This document shows, in pieces, positions 49,320-59,624 of a stretch of 64,000 bases of DNA. The stretch lies in contig JAIXOQ010000017.1 in assembly GCA_027486675.1 (NCBI GenBank), positions 188,231 to 252,230 of the forward strand, given 5' to 3'. Numbering within the stretch: the stretch's first letter is position 1; the number at the start of each line of letters is the position of its first letter. Source of the DNA: Pseudomonadota bacterium. Its GTDB lineage: Bacteria; Bdellovibrionota; UBA1018; CAIMNF01. Both the position numbers and the translations under genes were made by a program. The notes under the pieces are model-generated. The model had not been told where the DNA came from, ran no database searches, and saw only the letters and a list, made by a program, of their open reading frames with translations.

Positions 49320-50038
49320 GTCCAAGTTCCATCTTGATAGGTATGAACTTCATACATTTGCCCAAAGAGCCAAGGTAACGCGGCCGATCCGGGCGGCATC
49401 ACTCTTTCAGAAGCGAGTCGCACTTGATCCACCCAGAAAGAGGGCATCCGAAGTTGATAGGGTACGCGCTGAAGCTCCCCTACGTGACAAAGCAAAGCAC
49501 GGGTCAGGACCTGCGCTTGGGCTTCAGTGATCTCCACGGCTAAATTGACCTGCGGAGAATCACGCCAGAAGCCGCCTTTAATCCAAGTGGTTTTACCTAA
49601 ATTTGGGACTTCTTCCAGGGCTTTCTTAAGCACTGTGTAAGTCGCCGAATGGGTTGGGTGCTGATCGCCAAAATGCGGACTCACGATCAAATCTGGGCGA
49701 ATATTCTGTAAGGCGTCGTTTAAAGTTTTGTCCTGACAGAGGGTAAAGCCCAAGATCTTAAGACTTTCGCTCAACTCACCCATCCGTCCTTCCTGACGCT
49801 TTTCATCGCTCCCTAAGCTAAACGGATAGACAAAGACCTTGGAGCGATGCTCCTGCGACAAGCGAAACGCGATGGCACCGAGCGTGACTTCATCATCCGG
49901 GTGTGGAATCACCAGGAGGACAACTTTGGGCATAAGATAGGAAGGGGACCTAGGACCCACTTTTGCCAAAGTCCCGCCCACTGGAAGTAGTCCCTGATGC
50001 AGAACGATAAATTGATCTAAAAATTGTAGAGAGTCCAT
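49259..50038 (-). CDS. PIG-L/LmbE-family N-acetylglucosaminyl deacetylase
   Basis: VIPHPDDE motif. About 250 aa. Convergent overlap of about 60 nt with the nagB-like gene. Confidence 0.7.
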   Translation of the reverse strand: MDSLQFLDQFIVLHQGLLPVGGTLAKVGPRSPSYLMPKVVLLVIPHPDDEVTLGAIAFRLSQEHRSKVFVYPFSLGSDEKRQEGRMGELSESLKILGFTLCQDKTLNDALQNIRPDLIVSPHFGDQHPTHSATYTVLKKALEEVPNLGKTTWIKGGFWRDSPQVNLAVEITEAQAQVLTRALLCHVGELQRVPYQLRMPSFWVDQVRLASERVMPPGSAALPWLFGQMYEVHTYQDGTWTYCAPELWPRDASGAASASK

Positions 50039-50132
50039 GAAGCGAGTGTCGCACGGGTCAGGGCAAGCAGCAGCACCCGCGGATAAAAAACAAAGCTTGA
50101 GTTCCGACGGCGAGCTTCAGAAGCTTAGAATC

Positions 50133-50864
50133 ATGAGTAGCGTAAAAGCGATCACCTTTGATCTCGATGGCACTTTGATGCACTCAGGCAACTGGACCAC
50201 ATCGAGCGCCTTTGTTTTTGGCTTTGTCCGTGCCTATGGCGCAAGGATTGGTAACCGAAAAGCGCTCACACTTCTGAAACGGATCAATCGCACACTTCGC
50301 CCGGGGCTAAAGGCGGAAGAAACCAACGAGATCCGCGTGCTTAAGATCTTCATGGAAGAACTCTCACTTCCCTCATTAGAGGAGACGAGTTCGGACGCCA
50401 TTCGGACCTTAGGTGCACTTTTTCACAAAATCAAACGCCACTTCCGACCCGAAAAAGAAATGCGCCTGATCTTAGACTCTCTTCCTGCGCATATTCGCGT
50501 TGCACTCGCCACAAATCCTGCCTGGGCGCGCCCGCTTGTAGAGATCAGAATGTCTTTTGGTTCGGTAGATCCATCGCGATTCGAGTTCATCACCACGGCT
50601 GAAAACTCTTATACCCTGAAGCCAGACCCGCTCTATTACGCAGGATTAGTGCAAAAACTGGACTTGAAGGCTGATGAAATCCTCCACATCGGCAATGAAG
50701 TCGAGAACGACGGCAATGCTCGTCTAGTCGGGATTAAAACATTCATCTTAGACAAAAAGGCTCGTCGCCTCACCCGCATACCGGCAAGCGGTGTATACCT
50801 AGCACCCTTGTGGCTAGGCTCGATCGATCATCTTAAGGGTTTCTTAAAAAGCGAGCTCGCTTAA
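50133..50864 (+). CDS. HAD-superfamily hydrolase
   Basis: ITFDLDGTLM motif I. Start chosen at MSSVKAITFD. The ORF extends to 50037. Confidence 0.65.
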   Translation: MSSVKAITFDLDGTLMHSGNWTTSSAFVFGFVRAYGARIGNRKALTLLKRINRTLRPGLKAEETNEIRVLKIFMEELSLPSLEETSSDAIRTLGALFHKIKRHFRPEKEMRLILDSLPAHIRVALATNPAWARPLVEIRMSFGSVDPSRFEFITTAENSYTLKPDPLYYAGLVQKLDLKADEILHIGNEVENDGNARLVGIKTFILDKKARRLTRIPASGVYLAPLWLGSIDHLKGFLKSELA

Positions 50865-51163
50865 GCAGCGATTTTTGCGCCGCGTTGCTTCAAGATTTTA
50901 TTCTTGATCTGCTTCACGCGAACGGACGTCGCATCTGCGCGAGCTTTCATAATTGCAGCAGTGATACCGCCCAATTTATCAATCGTGCGGATGGCGCGAG
51001 TTGAAAGCTTAAAGTTCACGGTCTGAGCCAACTCAGGGATGGTGTACTTTTTGTCCTTCAAATTAGGCAACCACTTGGTGCGTGTCTTGCGGTTGGAGTG
51101 AGAAACCTTGTTTCCTGAGAAAGTTTTAATTCCAGTGAGTTCACATACGCGCGACATAATCAA
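50861..51163 (-). CDS. rpmB: 50S ribosomal protein L28
   Basis: MSRVCELTGIK...GNKVSHSNRKTKR... is the L28 pattern. 100 aa. Confidence 0.8.
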   Translation of the reverse strand: MIMSRVCELTGIKTFSGNKVSHSNRKTRTKWLPNLKDKKYTIPELAQTVNFKLSTRAIRTIDKLGGITAAIMKARADATSVRVKQIKNKILKQRGAKIAA

Positions 51164-51257
51164 AATCCTTTACCTGTACTTAAACAAAAAATAAATTGTT
51201 GTTTTGAATGGTCTAGTTAACCGCTAGTGTGATGGAAACGCAAAGGTTTTTCACAAT

Positions 51258-53123
51258 ATGAATCTCGATCTAAGAAACATCTGTATCATTGCACACGTCG
51301 ACCACGGTAAAACTACCCTCGTTGATCACCTCCTCCGTCAAAGCGGCACATTCGCGGAACACCAAGCGCTCAGCGAGCGCGTAATGGATTCCATGGATCT
51401 TGAGCGTGAACGCGGAATCACGATTATGGCTAAAAATACTGCCATTAAAGTGGGATCAACCAAGGTGAACATCGTAGACACCCCTGGCCACGCCGATTTC
51501 GGCGGCGAAGTGGAACGTATCTTGGGCATGGTTGACGGCTCTCTCCTCCTGGTGGATGCCGCTGAAGGCCCATTGCCACAAACACGATTTGTGCTGCAAA
51601 AATCCTTGGCCTACGGTCACCGCGTGATCGTCGTTGTCAACAAAGTGGACCGTCCAGAATGTTCTGACGGCCTGCGCACCAAGGAAGTAGTGAATCAAAT
51701 TTTTGATCTCTTCATCGAACTCGGTGCGACCGAAGTACAAGCGGATTTCACAATTGTCTATGCCTGCGCCCGCGAAGGCTGGTGCACATTGGATGAAACT
51801 GAGATCCCAAAACTCATTTCTAAAGAAGTGAAAGGTACACTGAAACCCCTCTTTGATTTGATTTTGAAGGAAGTGTCTAAGCCAGTCGTCGCAGAAGGCA
51901 CAGACTTCCAGATGCTCGTATCAAATCTCTCTTACTCGGACTATGTTGGCCGACTAGCGATCGGGAAGATTCTGCGTGGCACGGCGAAAAAAGGCATGCG
52001 AATGACCCGTCAGGGTGATGGAGTGAATGAGGCTTTTGTTCTCACCAACGTACAAACTTATTTAGGCCTTAGGTCTGTCGAAGTTGATGAGGTCGTAGCG
52101 GGTGACATTGGAACTCTCGCCGGTTGTGAGACCGTGCAAATCGGAGACACCATTGCGTCCAATGCTGCAATCCCTGCATTGCCTCGAATTAAAGTAGAAC
52201 CACCCACGCTTGCGATGGTTTTCTCAGTCAATACCTCTCCCCTTTCTGGAAAAGAAGGGGAAGCAATCCAATCGAGAAAACTTCGGGATCGTCTTCAACG
52301 CGAGGTCCGTAACAACGTGGCCCTTCGATTTCAGGATACGGATCTTCCCGATCAATTTCGTGTCCTTGGCCGTGGCGAACTTCAGTTCGCAATCTTAATT
52401 GAACAAATGCGCCGAGAAGGTTTTGAGTTCATGGTCGGGAAACCGATCGTGCTTTACCAAACCGCAGAGGATGGATCGAGGTTAGAACCGATTGAAATTG
52501 CAGTTCTTGACCTTCCGGAAGTCAGCGCAAGTGAAGTGACTCGACTTTTCCAAGAACGAAAAGGGCTTCTTGTGAAGTACGAGGCACAATCGGTTGAAAG
52601 TGCAAACCCACGGGTTCGCCTTGAATTTGAGATCCCCTCCCGTGGCTTGTTGGGCATGCGTTCTCGGTACCTCACCGCTACCCGGGGTGATGGGCTCATG
52701 AGTTCATATATTAAGTCTTACGAACCTCACAAAGGGGAGATCCTCCACCGCCAAAACGGTGCGATGGTTTGTGACCGTGCGGGCGATGCGGTGGAATATG
52801 CGCTGCTCAACTTGGAAGACCGGGGCGTTCTTTTCATTAAGCCGGGTGCAACTCTTTACGAAGGAATGGTTGTGGGCGAACACGCAAAAGAAAACGATCT
52901 CAACATCAATCCATGTAAAGAAAAGAAGCTCACGAACATTCGTTCAGCACACGCAGAGGTGCTTGTGACACTTGCCGGGATTCGTGACATGGGGCTTGAG
53001 CGAAGTTTAGAGTGGATTGACGAGGATGAATGGATTGAAGTCACGCCTCAGAATGTAAGAATTCGTAAGAAAGTTTTATCGACAAATCTACGAAGCGTAA
53101 AACGCGCCGAGCGGGTCAATTAG
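51258..53123 (+). CDS. typA: Translational GTPase TypA/BipA
   Basis: NICIIAHVDHGKTTLVD. DTPGHADF. NKVD. 621 aa. Confidence 0.9.
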   Translation: MNLDLRNICIIAHVDHGKTTLVDHLLRQSGTFAEHQALSERVMDSMDLERERGITIMAKNTAIKVGSTKVNIVDTPGHADFGGEVERILGMVDGSLLLVDAAEGPLPQTRFVLQKSLAYGHRVIVVVNKVDRPECSDGLRTKEVVNQIFDLFIELGATEVQADFTIVYACAREGWCTLDETEIPKLISKEVKGTLKPLFDLILKEVSKPVVAEGTDFQMLVSNLSYSDYVGRLAIGKILRGTAKKGMRMTRQGDGVNEAFVLTNVQTYLGLRSVEVDEVVAGDIGTLAGCETVQIGDTIASNAAIPALPRIKVEPPTLAMVFSVNTSPLSGKEGEAIQSRKLRDRLQREVRNNVALRFQDTDLPDQFRVLGRGELQFAILIEQMRREGFEFMVGKPIVLYQTAEDGSRLEPIEIAVLDLPEVSASEVTRLFQERKGLLVKYEAQSVESANPRVRLEFEIPSRGLLGMRSRYLTATRGDGLMSSYIKSYEPHKGEILHRQNGAMVCDRAGDAVEYALLNLEDRGVLFIKPGATLYEGMVVGEHAKENDLNINPCKEKKLTNIRSAHAEVLVTLAGIRDMGLERSLEWIDEDEWIEVTPQNVRIRKKVLSTNLRSVKRAERVN

Positions 53124-53140
53124 TCGATCATCTCGTCATT

Positions 53141-54217
53141 TTAATCATGGTCAAATCCGCAGCTGAATGAGGCTGCAGCGTTGGTCTGATGCGTGAAAGC
53201 TGAAGAGGGGGAGTATTGGTCTTTGTAGCTCATTTGGGTTATGAGCTGAGGTTTCAGTTCATAAAGCTTTAGAGCAAAAGCATTCAGGTCCTTTTGCTTA
53301 TTCAGATATTCGTCACTCACAGCGGCAAGTACTTCTGCCGAAAAACCTGTGTGAAGAATGGGCCATGCAGCAAGTGCCTCGTCCAGCTTCGCAAGGGTAT
53401 AATACCAGTGGCTTCCTAAACTGCTTTTTGCAACGTGAGTGATCTCAGCATTTGCTACCCTCGAGAGCAGTTCATAACCGATGACTGCCTCTTCAAGATG
53501 GCCGGCCACCAGCAGCCGCCAATACAGCCCTTGCGCTCGCCTTGCATGCTGGATGGTGGAATCCGACGATTGGGAACTTGCTTGGGAAGTGTTCAGAGCT
53601 TCTAAACTGTCCTTAAGCTGCGCACTAAGATCACTACTATCCTCATTTCCGGACCGACTTCTGAACAAATGATGAAAATACTCGTGCACTAGATCTAGAC
53701 GAGAAATGTCTTCACGCACAAAAATATGAGGGGAGCCTTGATAGTTTGACTCGTAAAGTCCGAGCAGAGCAGAACTCACCTTGCTGTCCTTTTGACGACT
53801 TTGCTCCCGCTTCACTACTTCAACCCAATTTTTCAACATCAACTCATCGGCTGCTGGAATGAGCCTTGCCATGGGTCTGCAATTATCCTGAGCCCCAGGA
53901 GTAGCAAATAATTTGACCCCCGCTTTCTGGATGAACTCGGTAGTCGCTGCTAGCGAGGTAGTCTTCAGAGCATTGAGGTGCTCTTGGTTAAAACGCTTAC
54001 CAAAGTCTGCAGTGACCAGACTAATGGCATCGAGCTTCGAGGGATCAAACGGATCTCCCTCAGTGGGGGGAACTTCACAGCTGGAAGCCGCGATACTTTT
54101 GCTGTTCAAGACGATCAAAACATCGGCCTTTTCCTTCTTTGCACCGCAGGCGGAGAGGGAGAGAAGGATCAAGAAAGCTTGACCGAGGGATCGGAGTGAA
54201 AACGTCGCAAAAAGCAC
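53141..54217 (-). CDS. Lipoprotein with an HExxH motif (putative metalloprotease)
   Basis: Lipobox LSLSACG. VHEYFHHLF. Confidence 0.5.
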   Translation of the reverse strand: MLFATFSLRSLGQAFLILLSLSACGAKKEKADVLIVLNSKSIAASSCEVPPTEGDPFDPSKLDAISLVTADFGKRFNQEHLNALKTTSLAATTEFIQKAGVKLFATPGAQDNCRPMARLIPAADELMLKNWVEVVKREQSRQKDSKVSSALLGLYESNYQGSPHIFVREDISRLDLVHEYFHHLFRSRSGNEDSSDLSAQLKDSLEALNTSQASSQSSDSTIQHARRAQGLYWRLLVAGHLEEAVIGYELLSRVANAEITHVAKSSLGSHWYYTLAKLDEALAAWPILHTGFSAEVLAAVSDEYLNKQKDLNAFALKLYELKPQLITQMSYKDQYSPSSAFTHQTNAAASFSCGFDHD

Positions 54218-54420
54218 GCTTTACCATACCAAAAAAGGCAGGGATTGTCGAATTCAAAGCGTCAGAAGGGGGTATTTTTGGGGGGTTAAAAGTAAACTGG
54301 AGCGGTCAATAAAATGGACATGGTTGATATGTCGGCGAATTCTATTTTGAATCGAAGGGAATACAGTTGGCTCGGTTCCATAAGGTCTAAATGGCCTCGT
54401 TTGCTGAGCAACACACAATT

Positions 54421-57180
54421 TTAGCGCAACGTAGGATAGCCAGCTGCAGGGGGATTCCAAATGTTTGTGAAATCAAAGTTTGTGAATGTGCCCTGAACCC
54501 GCATTTGGGCGGTAGTTCTGCCTAAGCACTGGGTTGTGGTTCCTGCGATTGAAAGATCGGAGTCAAAGAAGCAATCGCCACCAGAAACCACAGAGTTGGC
54601 AATGATCGCATCCGCGATTGCACCGCCTCCGCCCGTGGCTTGTACTGCGCCCGTGAAAAACACTCGTTCTAACTTAATGAGATTTACGCCGGCAATACCA
54701 CCCGCAGCGCCTCCTGAATCTAAAGCCCGCACGTCACCCGCGATGTTTGAGTCATAGATCTCGAAGGCGCCGCCTACTCCAATGGCGCCGCCAATTTCAG
54801 TTCCGCCAGTAACATCAACCGTAGAGGTGCTTTTTTCAATCCGAGCACCAATCTGGGCTGTGACATTTCCAATCCATGCTCCCATCTTTGAAGAGCCTCC
54901 CCCAAGAGTGATGCGTCCGCTTGTATTGATATTTTCCATGCTGACATCGTCGGTGGCAGTAAATCGAGCAAAAGAACCAATCATCCCGCCAACATTATGC
55001 GCATTGGAGGCGCCATCGTTCAGATCTAGATTGATGGAAATATTTTGGAGGGTGATCGGTGCCCCTGAAGCGACTTCGCTAATGAGACCACCGAAACCTG
55101 CCATAACGGTATTACCCTCAATAAATTCACGCACATCTGAAATCTGTCCGCCAATCATTCTATTGATAAAGCCCGTGGGTAAACCTCGAGTGAACAGATT
55201 TGAGACGAAAATGTTCTCAATGACTCCGGCATCAAAGTTGCTAATCACTGCGTCAATGTTGCTCAGTCCTGCAAAGTGAATGTTCTTTAGCACCGCAGTT
55301 GGGTCACTCATCTGATTGATGTAAGCAGAACCAGCTGACCCACTGATCAAAAAGTGATCTCCTTCAAAGATACCGTTCATAGCGCTTATAGGTGTATCTC
55401 CAAAAAAGTAGATATCTCGATTCAGCTTCGCATAGACACCTGTGGTCAGTGCAACAGCACTCAGTTGGCTCGGACTACAGAAAAGATACGGATCTCCAAG
55501 AGTCCCCGAACCGAGCGGCGCCATACCTCGATTGCAACGCGTGTGATTCGTCACAAGGTCTCTGGGTCTTAATGTCGGCGGCGCCATTCCCGAAACCGTC
55601 CAAGTCTGCTGATCTTCATAGTTAAAGAATATCGCCGCATCCTGCATTTCTGCAGTTGTTATTGCCCGCCCGCCGCCGACGGAGGTTGTGGTTCCTGCGC
55701 GTGTAGAATCGAAGTAAGAGGCGTAGACGGAAGCTGAACCGCCTGCACCGATGAGTCCATTTGGTGTCGCTCCTGCGAGCACTCCGGTAGAAAAACTATG
55801 TGCGACATTCGTGTTGCCTGATTGTGATCCAATAAGACCTGCAGGAGATCCATTTGTCGCAGTGACTTGGCCTGAGTTGTAGCTATTTACTATTGCCAGG
55901 TCACCGGTCCCATCACCCATGAGCCCACCGATCGCACCTGTATCCGTCGAAAGAGCACCTGAATTCACAGACCTGGTGATGAGTGTTTTTGGGGTGGTAA
56001 TACCGATAATGCCAGCGACTGTAGCATTTCCCGTGGAAGTAATTGTACCGCTGTTCACCACGCTGAGGAATCGGCTTCCATAATTATTGCCCGAAGTGAA
56101 CCCGGCTCCCGCAATTCCTCCTAATGAAGTTGCAATCCCACCGTCTGTCAGTGACGCATTGTTCGTACACTCAAGAAAGTCTGTATCTACTGTCTCCGCA
56201 ACGATGCCCCCCAGGTTGCCGCCGCTGGCTCCGCCACTGATGCTGCCGTCGACGGTCACTCCTACAAATTCAGTACTCTGGGTAGAGGACACAGCAACAC
56301 CCCCTGCGCTGCTGAGCGCAGTGATCGTGAGTCCTGTCGCGGAAACATTTTTAATCAATGCCTCTGTTGCAACGTTCATCAAGGATGCCCCGACAGAAAA
56401 CGAATTGATGCTCACATCGCTGATTTGCACATCTTGAATATCCCCTGATTGAAACTGAGAAAGTCCGCCAGTCACTGGATTTCCTTCAAGCTCTGTATCG
56501 CGAATCTGGTAATTCGAAACAGTGCAAGACGAGCAGGTGCCACCGGCAAGTGCATACACTGCGGAACTGCTGGCGACTGAAATATCTTCGATGGTTATAT
56601 TGGTAAGTACCGCGGCGCCGCCGCCAAACTGCCCAATGAGACCACCGAAGAATTGATTATTTAAAGTTGCAGTAGAATCCCGAAGTGTGATGTCAGAGAG
56701 GTTTACACTTGCGCCATCACAAATCAGAAAAGATGCCGAAAGACCTGAAACACCTAAGTTCACGACCGAAAAATCTTCAATCACTAGATCATGAATGGAA
56801 GCGCCGGTCGCAGACGTAATCAGACAAGAGTCGGCCGAAAAATTTCGCATCGTATAGCCCGCACCATCTAAGTCCCCCGTCAGAGTCGGAACGGTCGTCG
56901 CAGCACTAAGATCGACGTTCGCCTTCAGTTTAAAGTAAGCGCTCGGATTATCCCCTATTCTTGAAAATTGGCCTGCAGTGCAAATCAAATAGGGATCGGA
57001 CAAGGTCCCGGTTCCCGATTCGTAAGGAAGCTTAGACATGCATTCGGTTTCAACGGTCTCTGATGCGGGAACGAATGGAAGCGGCGGGCCGGTGCGGATC
57101 ACAAATGCGCAGCCGAAGAGCCATGGGACTGCAATTGCAGTCAGAAAGTTTCGGGCTCGGGGTAGGCAGGATCGCATCAA
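54421..57180 (-). CDS. Large secreted glycine-rich repeat protein (GLUG-motif-like beta-helix repeats)
   Basis: 919 aa. N-terminal signal. Repeated GG(L/I)(I/V/A)G and SGxI units. Two GTLSDPYLIC / GTLGDPYLFC modules. Confidence 0.6.
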   Translation of the reverse strand: MMRSCLPRARNFLTAIAVPWLFGCAFVIRTGPPLPFVPASETVETECMSKLPYESGTGTLSDPYLICTAGQFSRIGDNPSAYFKLKANVDLSAATTVPTLTGDLDGAGYTMRNFSADSCLITSATGASIHDLVIEDFSVVNLGVSGLSASFLICDGASVNLSDITLRDSTATLNNQFFGGLIGQFGGGAAVLTNITIEDISVASSSAVYALAGGTCSSCTVSNYQIRDTELEGNPVTGGLSQFQSGDIQDVQISDVSINSFSVGASLMNVATEALIKNVSATGLTITALSSAGGVAVSSTQSTEFVGVTVDGSISGGASGGNLGGIVAETVDTDFLECTNNASLTDGGIATSLGGIAGAGFTSGNNYGSRFLSVVNSGTITSTGNATVAGIIGITTPKTLITRSVNSGALSTDTGAIGGLMGDGTGDLAIVNSYNSGQVTATNGSPAGLIGSQSGNTNVAHSFSTGVLAGATPNGLIGAGGSASVYASYFDSTRAGTTTSVGGGRAITTAEMQDAAIFFNYEDQQTWTVSGMAPPTLRPRDLVTNHTRCNRGMAPLGSGTLGDPYLFCSPSQLSAVALTTGVYAKLNRDIYFFGDTPISAMNGIFEGDHFLISGSAGSAYINQMSDPTAVLKNIHFAGLSNIDAVISNFDAGVIENIFVSNLFTRGLPTGFINRMIGGQISDVREFIEGNTVMAGFGGLISEVASGAPITLQNISINLDLNDGASNAHNVGGMIGSFARFTATDDVSMENINTSGRITLGGGSSKMGAWIGNVTAQIGARIEKSTSTVDVTGGTEIGGAIGVGGAFEIYDSNIAGDVRALDSGGAAGGIAGVNLIKLERVFFTGAVQATGGGGAIADAIIANSVVSGGDCFFDSDLSIAGTTTQCLGRTTAQMRVQGTFTNFDFTNIWNPPAAGYPTLR

Positions 57181-57444
57181 CAGACTGTTCGGTCTTTTGG
57201 GCTACCCCCCTGAGGCCTGGCAAAGCAACAAAAGTTTGACGGCTTAGGCGAACTTGCCGCCAGGACCGATCCCGATTTCAAGATGAAGCTGAAATCTGAT
57301 CCTCTCGTTATGGCGGGTGCGCAGCGCACGGGCAGTCCCTGACTCTAGGGACCTGCGTCTCTCGGTGCCTCTGACCACGCTTTTTCACTGAGACCATGCA
57401 TACGATCAGCCCGAATTGTGCCGCGCGGTGAGTCATTTTTGGGC

Positions 57445-57699
57445 TTAGCTCGCGACTTTAGCCGGTCTTAGGCCATAATCGATTGCAGCCTTTAAATTAT
57501 GCGCCGGACATAAATGGCGTAGGTTTTTGAGCTCTGTTTTACCTCCCAGTGCAAGCGGTGCTCGGTGATCGACCTGCAAATGAGCGCGCGACGAGCAGCG
57601 AATATCAGTGAGTGGCGAAATATATTCACACTGCCCGTTAGACCGCGCATGAATCTGGCGTTTAAAGTGAAGTGGGATAGAGCGTAAGGTAAAGGGCAT
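57445..57699 (-). CDS. Small HNH endonuclease
   Basis: 84 aa. CEYISPL...CSSRAHLQVDHRAPLALGG...NLRHLCPAHNLKA is the HNH pattern (C..C, DH, N, H..N). Confidence 0.6.
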   Translation of the reverse strand: MPFTLRSIPLHFKRQIHARSNGQCEYISPLTDIRCSSRAHLQVDHRAPLALGGKTELKNLRHLCPAHNLKAAIDYGLRPAKVAS

Positions 57700-58322
57700 T
57701 TTCCCGGCCAGTCGGGTTTTTAGGTTTTCAGTCGGGGTTACGTTTGACTCCGTCTTCCCAAGACTTCGCTCTCTCCTTTCGGATTTTAAGAATTAAGTAA
57801 AGTAACTTCATTCCTTTTTCATCCAAGAAAATTTTCACCTCCGTGTGCGTGGCTGTCGCAACCCGGGTGGATTCTTTCAGCCTAGGCGCTTAATGGGCTG
57901 AGGCCTACATCGCATTCATAAACCTCCTAGAAAAAGTGGCATGACGGTAGCCGGAAAGATTGCATCGCAATGGAGTGGCGCTTTCCTATCCAGACAGGTT
58001 GAGACCCAGAGCTTGCAGATGATCCTTGCAATGGAACCTTTGAAATTCCAAATTGGAATGTCAAAAAAAGTGGCCGTGGCGGTCGAAGAACGCTGCCATT
58101 CGCATTTACTCAAGAGGGGGTTGCTATGATCTCCAGTGTCTTGCGGAGCAAATGAAGGGGCTCAGCCAATAACAACTGAACTGAGAATCCGAACCTGGCA
58201 AGTACCGTGATCGCGCCTGGCTCCAAACAATCAATACAACCCATTGAACCCTCATTCCCTCTCCCAGCGATTTTCAGATTTCAAGGGCGGGGTGCGCTCT
58301 AACTTTGATAATTTAAAAGCTT

Positions 58323-59624
58323 ATGGAGCACTTCACTTACCTCACAGGCTTTGGGAATCATTTCGAAACTGAAGCCTTAGCAGGAGCACTCCCAAGACAC
58401 CAAAACTCTCCGCAAAAACACCCTTTGGGACTCTACGCTGAGCAACTCACCGGCTCTGCTTTCACCGCCCCTAGGGAGCGCAGCCTCAAAACCTGGCTTT
58501 ACAAGATTCGCCCATCGGTGGTCCAAGGAACTTTCAAAGAAAAGCCCCACAACACCTGGGTCACGACCGAGCGGACTGCAAAATTAAAAAGAATCCCAGA
58601 TGCGCTCCGTTGGGGGGCATTTCTGCCCGAAGACAAAGGAGCGAAAGATTTTTGGGAGTCGCTCTTCACCCTCTGTGTCAACGGAAGTGCGGAGTTGAGA
58701 CACGGTGGCGCTATCCATATGTTCGCCTGCAACTCTTCCATGGCAAAAAAATATGCGTACAACGCAGATGCCGAGATGATGATCGTGCCCTATCTTGGAG
58801 AACTAAAAATTGCGACCGAATGTGGTGCAATCACGATCGGTCCAAAATCGATCGCAGTGATCCCGCGTGGGATGAAGTTCAAAGTGGATCTCTTGTCCTC
58901 AGAAGCTCGTGGCTACGCACTTGAAAATTTCGGCGCCCCTTTTCAACTTCCAGGCCTTGGACCTATTGGCGCAAATGGATTAGCAGCAGGAAGAGATTTC
59001 GAAACCCCTGTAGCGGCTTATGAAGATCTCAGTGGAGCTTTTGAGCTCTTGACCCGCTATGGGGGAGTAAACTGGAGCGCTCCTCTCTCGCATTCACCGC
59101 TCGACACGGTTGCATGGCACGGAAATTACGTCCCCTACCGCTATAATCTCACCCATTTTAATACGATTGGGACCGTGAGCTTCGATCATCCGGATCCTTC
59201 CATTTTTACAGTGCTGACCTCACCGACCCATACGCCGGGTACTCCGAATTTTGATTTCGTGATCTTTCCGGAACGCTGGATGGTGGCAGAGAATACTTTT
59301 CGTCCACCCTACTACCACCGCAATACCATGAGCGAGTTCATGGGCCTGATCAGCGGGCAATACGACGCTAAAGAAACAGGTTTTGTTCCAGGCGGGGCAT
59401 CACTCCACAACTGCATGACGGGTCATGGCCCTGATGCCGATGCATTTACGAAGGCGACAGAAAAGGAGCTAGTTCCCGAAAAACAAAAAAGCACTCTGGC
59501 CTTCATGTGGGAAAGTGTTTTTCCTTATGGCACCACGGAACAAGCACTATCGATAGAAACGTGCGATTTTCAGTACACACAGTGTTGGCAAAACCTACCT
59601 AAGCTCTTTAGAAATTCCCCGTGA
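58323..59624 (+). CDS. hmgA: Homogentisate 1,2-dioxygenase
   Basis: YLTGFGNHFETEA. NLYAEQLTGSAFT.PR. WLYKIRPSV. Collinear with human HGD recalled from memory. Confidence 0.85.
   Translation: MEHFTYLTGFGNHFETEALAGALPRHQNSPQKHPLGLYAEQLTGSAFTAPRERSLKTWLYKIRPSVVQGTFKEKPHNTWVTTERTAKLKRIPDALRWGAFLPEDKGAKDFWESLFTLCVNGSAELRHGGAIHMFACNSSMAKKYAYNADAEMMIVPYLGELKIATECGAITIGPKSIAVIPRGMKFKVDLLSSEARGYALENFGAPFQLPGLGPIGANGLAAGRDFETPVAAYEDLSGAFELLTRYGGVNWSAPLSHSPLDTVAWHGNYVPYRYNLTHFNTIGTVSFDHPDPSIFTVLTSPTHTPGTPNFDFVIFPERWMVAENTFRPPYYHRNTMSEFMGLISGQYDAKETGFVPGGASLHNCMTGHGPDADAFTKATEKELVPEKQKSTLAFMWESVFPYGTTEQALSIETCDFQYTQCWQNLPKLFRNSP

Noticed and set aside
57916-58129. Two overlapping 60-65-aa ORFs in the low-coding island
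   Set aside because: They have no RBS, and they mutually overlap on opposite strands. This is more likely a non-coding region.
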